DNA from: Candidatus Multivoradales bacterium
GTDB taxonomy: Bacteria > Acidobacteriota > Thermoanaerobaculia > Multivoradales > Multivoraceae
Length of the DNA stretch: 64,000 bases
Direction of reading: 5' to 3'
Assembly (NCBI GenBank): GCA_965223325.1
Contig: CBDCWI010000002.1
Span: forward strand, 3,936,001 to 4,000,000
Part shown: positions 48,228 to 57,424 of the stretch, one piece after another
How positions within the stretch are numbered: position 1 is the first letter of the stretch
How the letters are laid out: each line of letters starts with the position of its first letter
The notes under the pieces: model-generated
Databases searched by the model: none
What the model was told of the DNA's origin: nothing
Seen by the model: only the letters and a program-made list of their open reading frames with translations
Made by a program: the position numbers and the translations under genes

Positions 48228-50479
48228 CAGGCCGCGCCCTTCTTGCGCTTCTTCTTGTCGCGCTCGCCCTGGTACTCGCCGTAGGCTTCGTAGTGGTAGT
48301 TGTAGGTCTTGCCGTAGGTGCCGGGGAGGGGGCGGAAACCGTTCAAGACGCCGCCCAGGATCTTGACGCTCGCCAGGCGCAGCCTCACGAGCGCGGCCTT
48401 CGCGTCTTCGCGCGACACCATTCCTGCTCGGACGCAGATCACCAGCCCGTCGGCCATCTGGCCAACCAGTGTCGAGTCGGTGACTGCCAGTGTTGGCGGT
48501 GTGTCGATGATGACCACGTCGAACATTTCGCGAACTCGCCGGACGTAGTAGCGCATGCGTTCTGACGAGATGAGCTCAGAGGGGTTTGGCGGTGTCGGGC
48601 CCGCGGTGCAGACTTTGAGGTTGGGGATCTCGCAGTCCTGGATCGACTCCTCGAGCTCACAACGGCCGACGAGGAAGTTGACGAGGCCGGCTCGATTCGA
48701 CATCCCGAAGACCTGATGGATGCGCGGCTTGCGCATGTCCGCGTCGATGACCAGGACGCGCTTACCGAGTTGCGCCATGACGACCGCCAGGTTGCAGGTG
48801 GTCGTGCTTTTGCCTTCGCCGGCAGTCGATGAGGTGACGCCGATGACCGAGAGGCCGTCCGCACTGGCATACAAGAGGGCCGTGCGAAGCGCGCGGTAGG
48901 CCTCAGAGATTGCCAGTCGTGGTCGTTTGAGCGGTACCAGCTCAGCGTCGATGTTCTTGTTCCTGGAGGACTTCGAGCCCCCGCCGTAGCCGCCATTGCG
49001 GGCATAGATGTTGCCGTAGCCGTAGCCGGCTCGGCCTGTTGAAAGATCGGGAATGACCGCCAGGGTGGCGATCGCCAGACGTTTCTCGAGCTCGTCGGGG
49101 GTCTTGATCGTGCGATCGAGGAACTCGATCAGGCAGATCATGATGAGAGCCAACCCGCCGCCGGCGGCGGTACCGAGAGCCAGGTGCCTGTTGAGGTCGG
49201 GGCCCGAGGGCGAGCCGGGGAGCAGGGCACGATCGATCTGCCGCACGGTCGACTGGTCGCTGCCACGAACGGCAACGTCGGTTGCCGACTGCTGTTGCTG
49301 AAGCTGGCGCAAGAGGGTCGTGCGGTTCTCGATCTCACTCTTGAGACTCTGGTACTCAACGGCTTGGGAACTGACGTCGAGTGATTCGCCCTTGAGCTGA
49401 GCGAGCTCCTGCTCGAGCGCAGCCTCCTGGCGGCGCGCGGTCTGGAACTCTCCGCGAGCGCTCTGCCGGACCTGGCCGGCCATCTCGTCGACGGTCGAGT
49501 TGTACTCGGCGCGCAGCTGTTGGATCTCGGTGTCGAGCTGCACCATGGTCGGAAAGTTCGGCTGGTAGGTGTCGAGCTTGGTGCTGTACTCGCGCTCTTT
49601 GGCCTGGAGCTGGGTTCGCAGGTCGGAAACTACGCCACCGCCGAGTGTGTCCGCGAGGGCTTCTTTGGGTGCCATCATCGCCTCGTTGTAGGCGGCTTCC
49701 GTTTCGATACGGCGCTTGCGGGCGGCGGCGTAGTCGCGGTTGGCGGTCTCGAGCCGCTGCAAGGTGACGTTGGCCTGCGGGTCGACGTTGATCAGGTCGA
49801 CATCGCGGCTGTACTGCTGCAAGCTCATCTGCTTCTCGGCGATCTCGCGCCGCAGGCCTTCGATTTCTTCCTTCAGAAATCCCGAGGCGTTGGTCGCCGA
49901 CTGGCGACGTTTGGTCTTGCCGTACTCGACGAATGCATCCGCGTAGCCGTTGGCGATACGGGTCACGAGTTCAGGGTCGCGACCGCGGTAGTCGAGGTCG
50001 ATCAGCTGCGTACCTTTGACCGGGCGTACCGTGAGGCCGCTGCGGACGCTGTCGGCGATGCGACCGAGATGAGCTTCGTCGGCGGCAGGCGTAGCCGCGC
50101 CTGCAGAGGCCTCGATACCCCCATAGGCTGGTTCCTCCCAGAGTCGCAGCAACTCCACAACGACCATTGCGAGGCCGCGGCTCTTCAGGATCTCCTGCTG
50201 CGTCGGATAGAACTCCGGGTTCCATCGTGGCTGCATCCAGTAGGCGTCAGTGGGTAGAGGTGATGCCGCCCGGCGCTCGATCTGGATGCGAGTGCGCGTC
50301 GTCCACGTTTCGGGAGTGTTGATGTAGCGGACGATGCCGGCAATCAGGCCGAGCACTGACAGCAGAACGATGAGCTTCCAGTGCCTCCGCAGTAGGTCGA
50401 AGACCTCGGAGATATGGAGCGCCTGTTCAGTCTCGTGACTGTCGTGGCTCGAGATGGGCTCTAGGTAGGAGTCGCGCAT
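48227..50479 (-). CDS. wzc: Polysaccharide co-polymerase / BY-kinase
   Basis: Two TMs with a periplasmic coiled coil; SEAYRALRT, Walker A AGEGKST, IDADMRKP, IIDTPP; Tyr-rich tail YGKTYNYHYEAYGEY. Confidence 0.95.
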   Translation of the reverse strand: MRDSYLEPISSHDSHETEQALHISEVFDLLRRHWKLIVLLSVLGLIAGIVRYINTPETWTTRTRIQIERRAASPLPTDAYWMQPRWNPEFYPTQQEILKSRGLAMVVVELLRLWEEPAYGGIEASAGAATPAADEAHLGRIADSVRSGLTVRPVKGTQLIDLDYRGRDPELVTRIANGYADAFVEYGKTKRRQSATNASGFLKEEIEGLRREIAEKQMSLQQYSRDVDLINVDPQANVTLQRLETANRDYAAARKRRIETEAAYNEAMMAPKEALADTLGGGVVSDLRTQLQAKEREYSTKLDTYQPNFPTMVQLDTEIQQLRAEYNSTVDEMAGQVRQSARGEFQTARRQEAALEQELAQLKGESLDVSSQAVEYQSLKSEIENRTTLLRQLQQQQSATDVAVRGSDQSTVRQIDRALLPGSPSGPDLNRHLALGTAAGGGLALIMICLIEFLDRTIKTPDELEKRLAIATLAVIPDLSTGRAGYGYGNIYARNGGYGGGSKSSRNKNIDAELVPLKRPRLAISEAYRALRTALLYASADGLSVIGVTSSTAGEGKSTTTCNLAVVMAQLGKRVLVIDADMRKPRIHQVFGMSNRAGLVNFLVGRCELEESIQDCEIPNLKVCTAGPTPPNPSELISSERMRYYVRRVREMFDVVIIDTPPTLAVTDSTLVGQMADGLVICVRAGMVSREDAKAALVRLRLASVKILGGVLNGFRPLPGTYGKTYNYHYEAYGEYQGERDKKKRKKGAA

Positions 50480-50511
50480 TCGTTTGTGTAGTAGCTCAGA
50501 GGAAGAAAAAA

Positions 50512-51348
50512 CTAGAAGAAGGACTGCTTGACGAACACCACGTCTCCGGGGTGAAGTTCTGGGTCGGGTCGCCGTCCCGAGATCACCTGCTTGTAGTCGA
50601 CCTCGAACTCCTGTGTCTCGCCGTTTGGCCCCGCCCGTCGAACCGAGATCCTGCGGGCGGCGCGCTCGGTGAGTCCGCCAGCCTGTGCGATCACCGCAAG
50701 CAAGGTGATGCGCTGGCTACTGCTCCATCTGTAGAGACCTGGGCTCTCGACTTCGCCGAGACAGGAGACGGAAACCTCAACCGCCTCGGGCACGTTGACC
50801 AGATCGCCGGCGAAGATCGGGAGGTTGGCGCGCGGCTCACCGCGTAGGAAGAGATCGTCGATGCCGACTTCAATCTGGTCGGTGAGTCCGTTGCTGGCAG
50901 TTCGAATGACAAAGACCTTGCCGCCGTGGGATGGCGCGAGGCCGCCCGCGGCGGTAATGGCTTCGAGTAGGGTCCATCGACTTCCGAGGTCGAGTGCCCC
51001 GGGGTCTTTGACGGCGCCGATGACGTTGATCGGGCGCGAGCGATACTCGAGGATCTCGACGGTCACGGTCGCGCGACCCTCCTGGAGATAGCGTGACTCG
51101 AGTAGCCCGCGCAGTTCGGCTTCGACTTCCGAGCGTGTCCGGCCACCGACTTCGAAGTCGCCGAGGATGGGGAGCGACACACGCCCCATGTCGTCGACAC
51201 GGCCCTGTCCGTTCAGTTCGGGAGCTTCGAACACCTTGACCTGCAACATGTCTTTGGGGCCAATGGTGTAGGCGGAACTCTGGGCATGCGCTGCCACAGC
51301 GGCAGTGCTGAGTGTGATCACAACGATAAATCTAAGAATTCTTCGCAT
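50512..51348 (-). CDS. wza: Polysaccharide export protein (Wza/OPX, SLBB repeats)
   Basis: YTIGPKDML...VDDMGRVSLPILG; SLBB motifs GAVKDPG...LLEAITAAGG and GEVESPG...AQAGGLT. Confidence 0.92.
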   Translation of the reverse strand: MRRILRFIVVITLSTAAVAAHAQSSAYTIGPKDMLQVKVFEAPELNGQGRVDDMGRVSLPILGDFEVGGRTRSEVEAELRGLLESRYLQEGRATVTVEILEYRSRPINVIGAVKDPGALDLGSRWTLLEAITAAGGLAPSHGGKVFVIRTASNGLTDQIEVGIDDLFLRGEPRANLPIFAGDLVNVPEAVEVSVSCLGEVESPGLYRWSSSQRITLLAVIAQAGGLTERAARRISVRRAGPNGETQEFEVDYKQVISGRRPDPELHPGDVVFVKQSFF

Positions 51349-51355
51349 CTGTATG

Positions 51356-51385
51356 ATTCTAGAGACAATGAATGCAAGTTTTCAA
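51356..51385 (-). promoter_or_regulatory. Candidate sigma70 promoter giving a leaderless wza transcript
   Basis: Minus strand TTGAAA-N18-TAGAAT-N7-ATG; no Shine-Dalgarno before the ATG. Confidence 0.45.
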
Positions 51386-51486
51386 ACGGTTTTCGGGCGG
51401 GGACAGGTGGAATCGGAGCACGAAAACAGCGTTAAACTTGTTTTATGTGTCGCGATGCCTGCGAATCGGCCGTCGAACACTAGATT

Positions 51487-51522
51487 TGCGAGAATCATGC
51501 CGTTTTGCAGTTCCCGCAAAAC
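51487..51522 (-). promoter_or_regulatory. Candidate sigma54 (-24/-12) promoter with adjacent palindrome upstream of wza
   Basis: Minus strand CGGCATGATTCTCGCA (GG-N10-GC) at 51487-51502; palindrome GTTTTGC-N7-GCAAAAC at 51502-51522. Confidence 0.45.
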
Positions 51523-51604
51523 AGTGCTCTCGGGGCCGAGCGGGCCGTACAATGGCCAAACTGACACGACTCCGCTCAACCCCAATGGAGCGAGGAATCG
51601 CCCG

Positions 51605-52405
51605 ATGGAAACTCGTCATCACGCCCGCCTCTGCCCCCTGTTCCTCGGTGCCCTGGTGGTCGCAGCCCTCCCTGCGACCGCCCAGACCGTGAACATCAAT
51701 GGCAACGGGCACCACGAGACCAAGGAAGCAAGCGACAACTACGGTCACGCTTCACGACGCCACACGGAAGGCAACCCCTGGGGTTATGGCTGGTCGCATG
51801 TCGGAGGTCCAGTGCTTGACGACTACACCCCGGGCACTGGCTTGCCAGCTGATTGGTGGCGCTCCCCGCGGCATGCGACCGAGGCCTGGCAGCTGTTTGT
51901 GATCACCGATGACGATGGTCGACCTCTCCCCGGTCTCGTGCGCATCAAACAGGCGGCGAATCAACGGGCGAGTCGGCTGTTGCAAGCCAACGACACCGGA
52001 AGCGTTCTCGTGCGACTCAAGAAGCCGATGCGCACCCACGTCGTCGAGGTCGAACGTCTGGGCTACGAGACCGTGCGACTCATCTTGACCGGCGGTCGTC
52101 TCGAACGGCAGGAGCATGCGGTGGTCGTTCGTCGCGGCGACCGCGTGCGCACCGAAGTCCGTGCGCCCGACCAGCGCGGTGGCCCGGTTGGGAAACCCGC
52201 TCGCCTGTACGCACGCGCTCACAAAGCGCTCGCGGCGGGGAATCGCGAGGCAGCCCGCACGCGCCTGGAAGCGGCCATTGAGCTCTGGCCTCTAGCCGGC
52301 GGTCAGGTAGCAGTTGGGAGTACGCTTCTCGAATACCAGCCCTATCGAGATCTCGAGCACCTGGGCTTTCCTGTAAAGCCAGTCGAGCTACCGCGCAGCG
52401 ACTGA
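51605..52405 (+). CDS. Hypothetical exported protein with C-terminal TPR-like helices
   Basis: GAGG before ATG at 51605; signal peptide ...LPATAQ; LYARAHKALAAGNREAARTRLEAAIEL...YQPY. Confidence 0.6.
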   Translation: METRHHARLCPLFLGALVVAALPATAQTVNINGNGHHETKEASDNYGHASRRHTEGNPWGYGWSHVGGPVLDDYTPGTGLPADWWRSPRHATEAWQLFVITDDDGRPLPGLVRIKQAANQRASRLLQANDTGSVLVRLKKPMRTHVVEVERLGYETVRLILTGGRLERQEHAVVVRRGDRVRTEVRAPDQRGGPVGKPARLYARAHKALAAGNREAARTRLEAAIELWPLAGGQVAVGSTLLEYQPYRDLEHLGFPVKPVELPRSD

Positions 52406-52420
52406 ACGGTCGCAGGGCTC

Positions 52421-53734
52421 TCAGGGCCAGCCGAGCTCACCGAAGGTCAGGGTGAGCCCCAGGAAGGTAATCGTGCGGTCGAACCCTTCCAAGTTGGAAT
52501 CGTATTCACTGCGGTAGCCAACGATTCCGAACCTACGCCCTGGTGCGACGTTGAAGGTGATCGATCCGCCGAGAGTCGTTGTGTCGTCACTGCGCGCGCG
52601 TCCTGACGGCAGCGGTTCGTACTCCTGGTCGCCGGTCTCGCCATACGCCGAGAAAACCAACCGGGCGCCGAAGGGCACCTGAATCGAAAGACCGTTCTTC
52701 TGGTTGAGAAACCATGACCATTCCGGGTTGACCGCATAGCCCAGTTGACGCGAACCATAGGCGAAGAGTCCGAACCCGCGTTCGTTGGAGAGTCCGAAGC
52801 GAGCGCTGCCAGTGAGATCGTTGAAGGGCAAGAAGAGTGAGAGCGGGCCGTCGGGCTCGAGGTCGCGGTATGCCAAGGCAATGTCGGCATCGAAGGCGCG
52901 CCCCTCCCACACCAGGTCCAACACCGGCGCTTCACCGGAGTTCGAACGGTCGCTCGACGACCGCGGAAACTCGACCTTCGAGTGCTCGACACCTGCGGCG
53001 ACGTAGAGTCGCTCGGCGAGGATCACCGACATGCCGGTGCGGGCCAGGGTCTCGTCCCGGTCGAGTCGCGCCAGGTCCGGCAGCCGGGGATCGCTCTGAT
53101 CCTCGTCGAGCAGGTGCCGGTCTTCCTCGAAGGAAGCCCGTACGAACCAGTTGAGCGAGCGCGCGACCTGCACCTGAACCAAACCGTCGATGCGGTCTGC
53201 GCGATTGTTCACGTACTGCTGGAACTCGGGAGTCACAGCGGTTTGAAGATCGGTGCGCGTTGCGGTCCACTCGGTGGTGAAGCGGTTGAAGTAGCCGAAG
53301 AAGCCAGCGCCATACCTGCCGTTGACCCGTCGGCGCTCCGACAGGTCCTGCCACCAGACATATTCGGGTAGGACGTGTGCGGCCAGATAGGAACTCGGCC
53401 CCATGGGCAGGTAGAGCCGCAGGCCAGCACCCAGCGTTACGGTGAAGTCGGAGACCTCGTTGCCTTCCCTGTCGGAGTAGAGGTTGTCTACGTAGGCCGC
53501 GTCCTTGATTCCAATCCAGGGTTCGACGCGCACGCGCCCGACGTGCCAGCGTGCTTCCTCGACTGCGAGCTCGAGTTCTTCGCGTCGATCTGCGGTATCG
53601 AGGCGCCCGGCGCCAGGAACAGTCCAGGCGTCGAACTGCGCGCCGACCGGCCAGGCGAGAAGAAAGAGGAGGGCCGCCGGGGCGGCGCGCAAGGTAGTGG
53701 CAAACTCGGGTAGAGGACGGGCACTCGACCGCAT
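52421..53734 (-). CDS. Outer-membrane beta-barrel protein of EPS export loci (EpsL/BBP2-like)
   Basis: Signal peptide; YVDNLY...VSDFTVTLGAG; alternating aromatic strands to the C-terminus; upstream of wza-wzc. Confidence 0.8.
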   Translation of the reverse strand: MRSSARPLPEFATTLRAAPAALLFLLAWPVGAQFDAWTVPGAGRLDTADRREELELAVEEARWHVGRVRVEPWIGIKDAAYVDNLYSDREGNEVSDFTVTLGAGLRLYLPMGPSSYLAAHVLPEYVWWQDLSERRRVNGRYGAGFFGYFNRFTTEWTATRTDLQTAVTPEFQQYVNNRADRIDGLVQVQVARSLNWFVRASFEEDRHLLDEDQSDPRLPDLARLDRDETLARTGMSVILAERLYVAAGVEHSKVEFPRSSSDRSNSGEAPVLDLVWEGRAFDADIALAYRDLEPDGPLSLFLPFNDLTGSARFGLSNERGFGLFAYGSRQLGYAVNPEWSWFLNQKNGLSIQVPFGARLVFSAYGETGDQEYEPLPSGRARSDDTTTLGGSITFNVAPGRRFGIVGYRSEYDSNLEGFDRTITFLGLTLTFGELGWP

Positions 53735-53912
53735 GGCACTTTCTCCGAAAGAATTCTTCGAATGGATCTCTCCGAGAGATCCCCGAAGAAGAAGGGGGGG
53801 GTGGCGGGTTCCGCAGTGGGAAGGCAGCTCCTGGTGGTGAGGGATCGAAGGGCCCAGGAGGGGGGGTGGCTAGTGCGAACCCCGTCATGGGGTACCCTCG
53901 GATCATAAGAGA

Positions 53913-55352
53913 ATGACTAGAAATAATGCCAATCAGAGTTTGGGTGCCCCTCGTCGCGCCGTATCAACCACGGCTGGCCGCCGGCGGCCGCGCCTCGCGG
54001 CCTCCCCGCGGTTCCTGGCGATTCTCACTGCGGCGCTGCTGCTGTGGGCGCCGCTTCCTTTTGCAAGCGTTGCCGTCGGAGCGCGGCTTGGTTTGACCGC
54101 GGGGGTCTGGCTGCTCTTCCTGCTGGCGTTGTGGACAGTGCAGAGAAGGCGACCGAAGCCCCCTCAGACAGCCATCCTCCTGATGCTCGGTCTGGTGGCG
54201 GTCGGTGTCGTTCAGTTCGTTCCCCTTCCGGCTGGACTCGTTCGACTCCTCTCACCTCTACGTTTCCGGCTGAGCGACTCCGCAGCCGAGGTGCTGGGGC
54301 CGGTCGAGAGCTTCCTCAGTCTCAGCCTGACGCCCGGCGTGACTGTGACGGTGACGTTCTGGCTCGCGACCCTCACAGCGGCGATCTACGTGGGCGCGGT
54401 GGCTGGTCGCGAGCGAACCTATCGACGGGTGGTAGCAGCCTCCGTTGTTCTGGCTGCGGTGCTGCAAGGCCTCTACGGCGCTTCGCGGTTGTACACCGAT
54501 CCGGAGCGCATTTGGGGTCTCGAGGTGGCGGGGGCCGGCGGACGGTTGCGCGGAACCTTCGTCAATCCCGATCACCTGGCCTTCTATGTCGGCTTGAGCC
54601 TGCCGATCGTCTTTGCGTGGTGCTGGTGGGCCTTCAACCGCGCCCGCCGCTTCGGCCGACTGCCGGCATTGATCATCGGTGTCGCACCTCCGGCTCTCTT
54701 GTGGTGCGTGCTGTTCGTGTTTCTGGCACTTTCCGGTTCGCGGGGCGGTCTGGCGGCGGCCGCCCTGGCGGTCACTGTCCAGGGTGGCCTGGTTGCCCTG
54801 TCCGTTCGCCGGTGGTGGTTGGTACCCATCGGGTTGGTTGCGGCGATCGTCGGTCTGGCGGCGGTCGCGATGACCAACAGTGAAGTAGGCCTTGGGCGGG
54901 TGGCGTCGACTTCGAGCTACGAGATGCGCTGGAACAAACGCTTCGAGGTGTATGACGCCAGCCTGGGGCTCGTTCCCGAAGCACCGCTTCTCGGAACCGG
55001 TTTCGGGTCTTTTCGCGACGCCTTCCCGGTCGTCCAGCCCCAGGGTCTCGGTGGCACCTGGTGGCACGCCCACTCGGATTGGCTGGAGGTGTTGGTGACC
55101 GGTGGCCTCGTCGGCCTGGTTCTGGTGGGCCTTCTGTTTGTGACCGGGGTCAGACGGCTGCTGCGGGTATTCCAGTATGGGCGGCGCAGTGAGGATCGGG
55201 CGGCGGGTCTGGCCGGGTTGGGCTTCTCAGTCGCGGCCGGAGCGCACTCGCTCGTCGACTTCGGGTCGACGATGCCCGCAAACGCGCTGACGCTGGCCAT
55301 TCTCTTCGGACTCGCCACGTCGTGTTCGTTGTCGTTGGTGGCGGACGAATGA
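53913..55352 (+). CDS. O-antigen ligase family protein
   Basis: RLRGTFVNPDH, LSGSRGG, GTGFGSF, HAHSDWLE, HSLVDF. Confidence 0.9.
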   Translation: MTRNNANQSLGAPRRAVSTTAGRRRPRLAASPRFLAILTAALLLWAPLPFASVAVGARLGLTAGVWLLFLLALWTVQRRRPKPPQTAILLMLGLVAVGVVQFVPLPAGLVRLLSPLRFRLSDSAAEVLGPVESFLSLSLTPGVTVTVTFWLATLTAAIYVGAVAGRERTYRRVVAASVVLAAVLQGLYGASRLYTDPERIWGLEVAGAGGRLRGTFVNPDHLAFYVGLSLPIVFAWCWWAFNRARRFGRLPALIIGVAPPALLWCVLFVFLALSGSRGGLAAAALAVTVQGGLVALSVRRWWLVPIGLVAAIVGLAAVAMTNSEVGLGRVASTSSYEMRWNKRFEVYDASLGLVPEAPLLGTGFGSFRDAFPVVQPQGLGGTWWHAHSDWLEVLVTGGLVGLVLVGLLFVTGVRRLLRVFQYGRRSEDRAAGLAGLGFSVAAGAHSLVDFGSTMPANALTLAILFGLATSCSLSLVADE

Positions 55353-55375
55353 GAACGCCGATCGGCCGGGGGGAC

Positions 55376-57022
55376 CTATTCGACTTCGATCAGACCAGGG
55401 CTGATGGTGCTGCCGGCAAGCTGGCGGATCTCAACCAGGTGCATACCCGGCTCGATGGGCTCGTCGGTTGCCATCGTGAAGCGCTTGGATTTGCGTCGCG
55501 CCGACACACCCCAGGGGCCCAGGAACCGTCCGTCGAGGAAGACCTCGACAGCACCACCCTCAGCCGACGCAGCGACTTCGAGTCGTAGGTTCGAGGCTTC
55601 GCGGGCGACGCGAATCTCATGCCGAAACAGCCTGTCGGGGAGGAGGGTCCAGCCGACAGCATCGAAGGTCATGCCGGCAGCTTTGTCGAGGGCTTCGGTG
55701 AGAGTCTCGAGAGCGCGCGTTTCGTTGCGCCTGGTGGCAACGCTCAAGCGGGCTTCGATCCATACCGGGTCGCGCCGAAACTCGCGCTCGGTCTCAGCGA
55801 GGGCGCTCGCCGCGAGGTCTGGCTCGTCACGTTCGAGATGGGCCCTGGCCTTGGCGACCCAATAGGTGTTCCAGTCGCGCTGCCAGCGGGTCTCGTGCCG
55901 GCGTTCGATTCCCTCGGCGGCAGAGAGATCGCCTGCGACCACCAGCGCCCGCGCCTCGGTCGCTGGGTCGACGCCGGTCGCCAGGCTGGCGAGTCGCTTC
56001 GTCGCCGGCCCATCGAAGACGCAGTCTCCAAACAGGCAGCGATCGAGTTGCCACTGCAGCCAGGTGAGAGCTGTACTGTGACCCGGTCCGGCCGGAATGG
56101 CCTCGACCGCGCGTGCTACGAGGCCGGCGAATCGGACGTCGGTCGGCGCTTGGAGAACGCGGACCAGACGCTCGCGACCGCGCATCGTGTCGCCACCTCG
56201 AACCCGCTGCAGCCCATCCTCGAGGCGTGATTGCGCCTCTTCGTAGTGTGCCTCGCGCCAGGCCTCGCGATTGCTCGAGAAGCGTCGCCAGTCGCCAGCG
56301 GTTGCTAGCAGGCGGCCGACCCGGTCGTGCGCGTAGACCGAGCGGGGGAGCAGCTCGAGTGCCTCGTCCATGTCGTCGTTGACCTGCAACCAGGGTCCGA
56401 TCATGCGGTCGAAGGTCGCCTGATCGAGGAGCGCGTCGTGCAGCATGGTTCGCGTCTGCTCACGCTTGTCTTCCGAAAGGACTGGCCAAACCTCGAGGTA
56501 GGCCATGGTGAGGAAGCGTTCAACTTCTCCGCCTGATGGAGCCAGCTCGAGGGCACGCTCGAGCGGAGCCTCCCACTCGCGGAAGTGGGTGATGAGTCGT
56601 TGGTCCCGTTCGATCGAGCGCTCGAGGTAGCGGGATCCTCCGAGCACCAGGGCGGCCTCCCAGGAGCTAGGGATTCCCTCGAGGGCATGGAACGCGAACT
56701 CTTGTGCTTGGCGGAGTCCGCCGACTCGACTCTCCATGAGAGCGACACGAGCATCAATGGACTCGAGCTCGGCGTACGCTCCGAGATCCAGGGCGTCGGC
56801 CAACAGCAAACGGCCAGCGGCAATCTTTGCGTGCGGGTGGTCAGCCTCGCCGGTGACGGTTCGGCGCGCCTCCGGCTGGCGGGCGAGAAGACCGAAGCCG
56901 TCGAGGGCAGCGACGACTTCGCCGCGGCCTAGACGGTTGTCGATGGAAAGCAGCAGAGTTCCAGCGAGTGCCAGGAGCGCGACCATGCCCAAGGCCAGGC
57001 GGTGCGTGAGGAGGGAGACCAT
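55376..57022 (-). CDS. Hypothetical membrane-anchored helical-repeat (TPR-like) protein with a small C-terminal beta domain
   Basis: Long ORF with codon bias; N-terminal TM after ATG at 57022; ERALELAP repeat-like segments. Start uncertain. Confidence 0.65.
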   Translation of the reverse strand: MVSLLTHRLALGMVALLALAGTLLLSIDNRLGRGEVVAALDGFGLLARQPEARRTVTGEADHPHAKIAAGRLLLADALDLGAYAELESIDARVALMESRVGGLRQAQEFAFHALEGIPSSWEAALVLGGSRYLERSIERDQRLITHFREWEAPLERALELAPSGGEVERFLTMAYLEVWPVLSEDKREQTRTMLHDALLDQATFDRMIGPWLQVNDDMDEALELLPRSVYAHDRVGRLLATAGDWRRFSSNREAWREAHYEEAQSRLEDGLQRVRGGDTMRGRERLVRVLQAPTDVRFAGLVARAVEAIPAGPGHSTALTWLQWQLDRCLFGDCVFDGPATKRLASLATGVDPATEARALVVAGDLSAAEGIERRHETRWQRDWNTYWVAKARAHLERDEPDLAASALAETEREFRRDPVWIEARLSVATRRNETRALETLTEALDKAAGMTFDAVGWTLLPDRLFRHEIRVAREASNLRLEVAASAEGGAVEVFLDGRFLGPWGVSARRKSKRFTMATDEPIEPGMHLVEIRQLAGSTISPGLIEVE

Positions 57023-57424
57023 AGAGAGGAGTTGTAAAGTGCGCCCCAATGGGCTCTGAAGATCGGGGGCGGGGTTTGTGGCCTGGGGGCGATCAGGATG
57101 AATCGCCGCCGCGGTGGCTGCCAAGGATATCGAACCGGCCGCAGATCCGGACCCGGTTGCGGTTCTTCCCAGCATGAACCCTTTCCAAGAGGAGGCGCTG
57201 GCCGGATGGCGGCCCTCTTTGTATAGTCGCGTCGCCCCTCTCACCGAACTGGCCTCCGGGGCGGCCGCGTCTGGATTCGCGCTCACACAGCCAGACGCTC
57301 CTAGACATCAATCGACCACGTCCCCTCCCGGCCACTCTCACGCGGCACTGCTCGCCGCCCTAAGCAAGCGGACCGGAGACCTAGCGAGTTCTCCACAGGT
57401 CCCGCTCCATTGGAGACAACTCTC

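Noticed and set aside
52932-53906. 324-aa Pro/Arg-rich ORF
   Set aside because: It overlaps the beta-barrel gene out of frame, and its Pro runs just reflect the G-tracts.
51349-53912. ops/JUMPstart element for the EPS operon
   Set aside because: No GGCGGTAG-type motif was seen in either upstream region.
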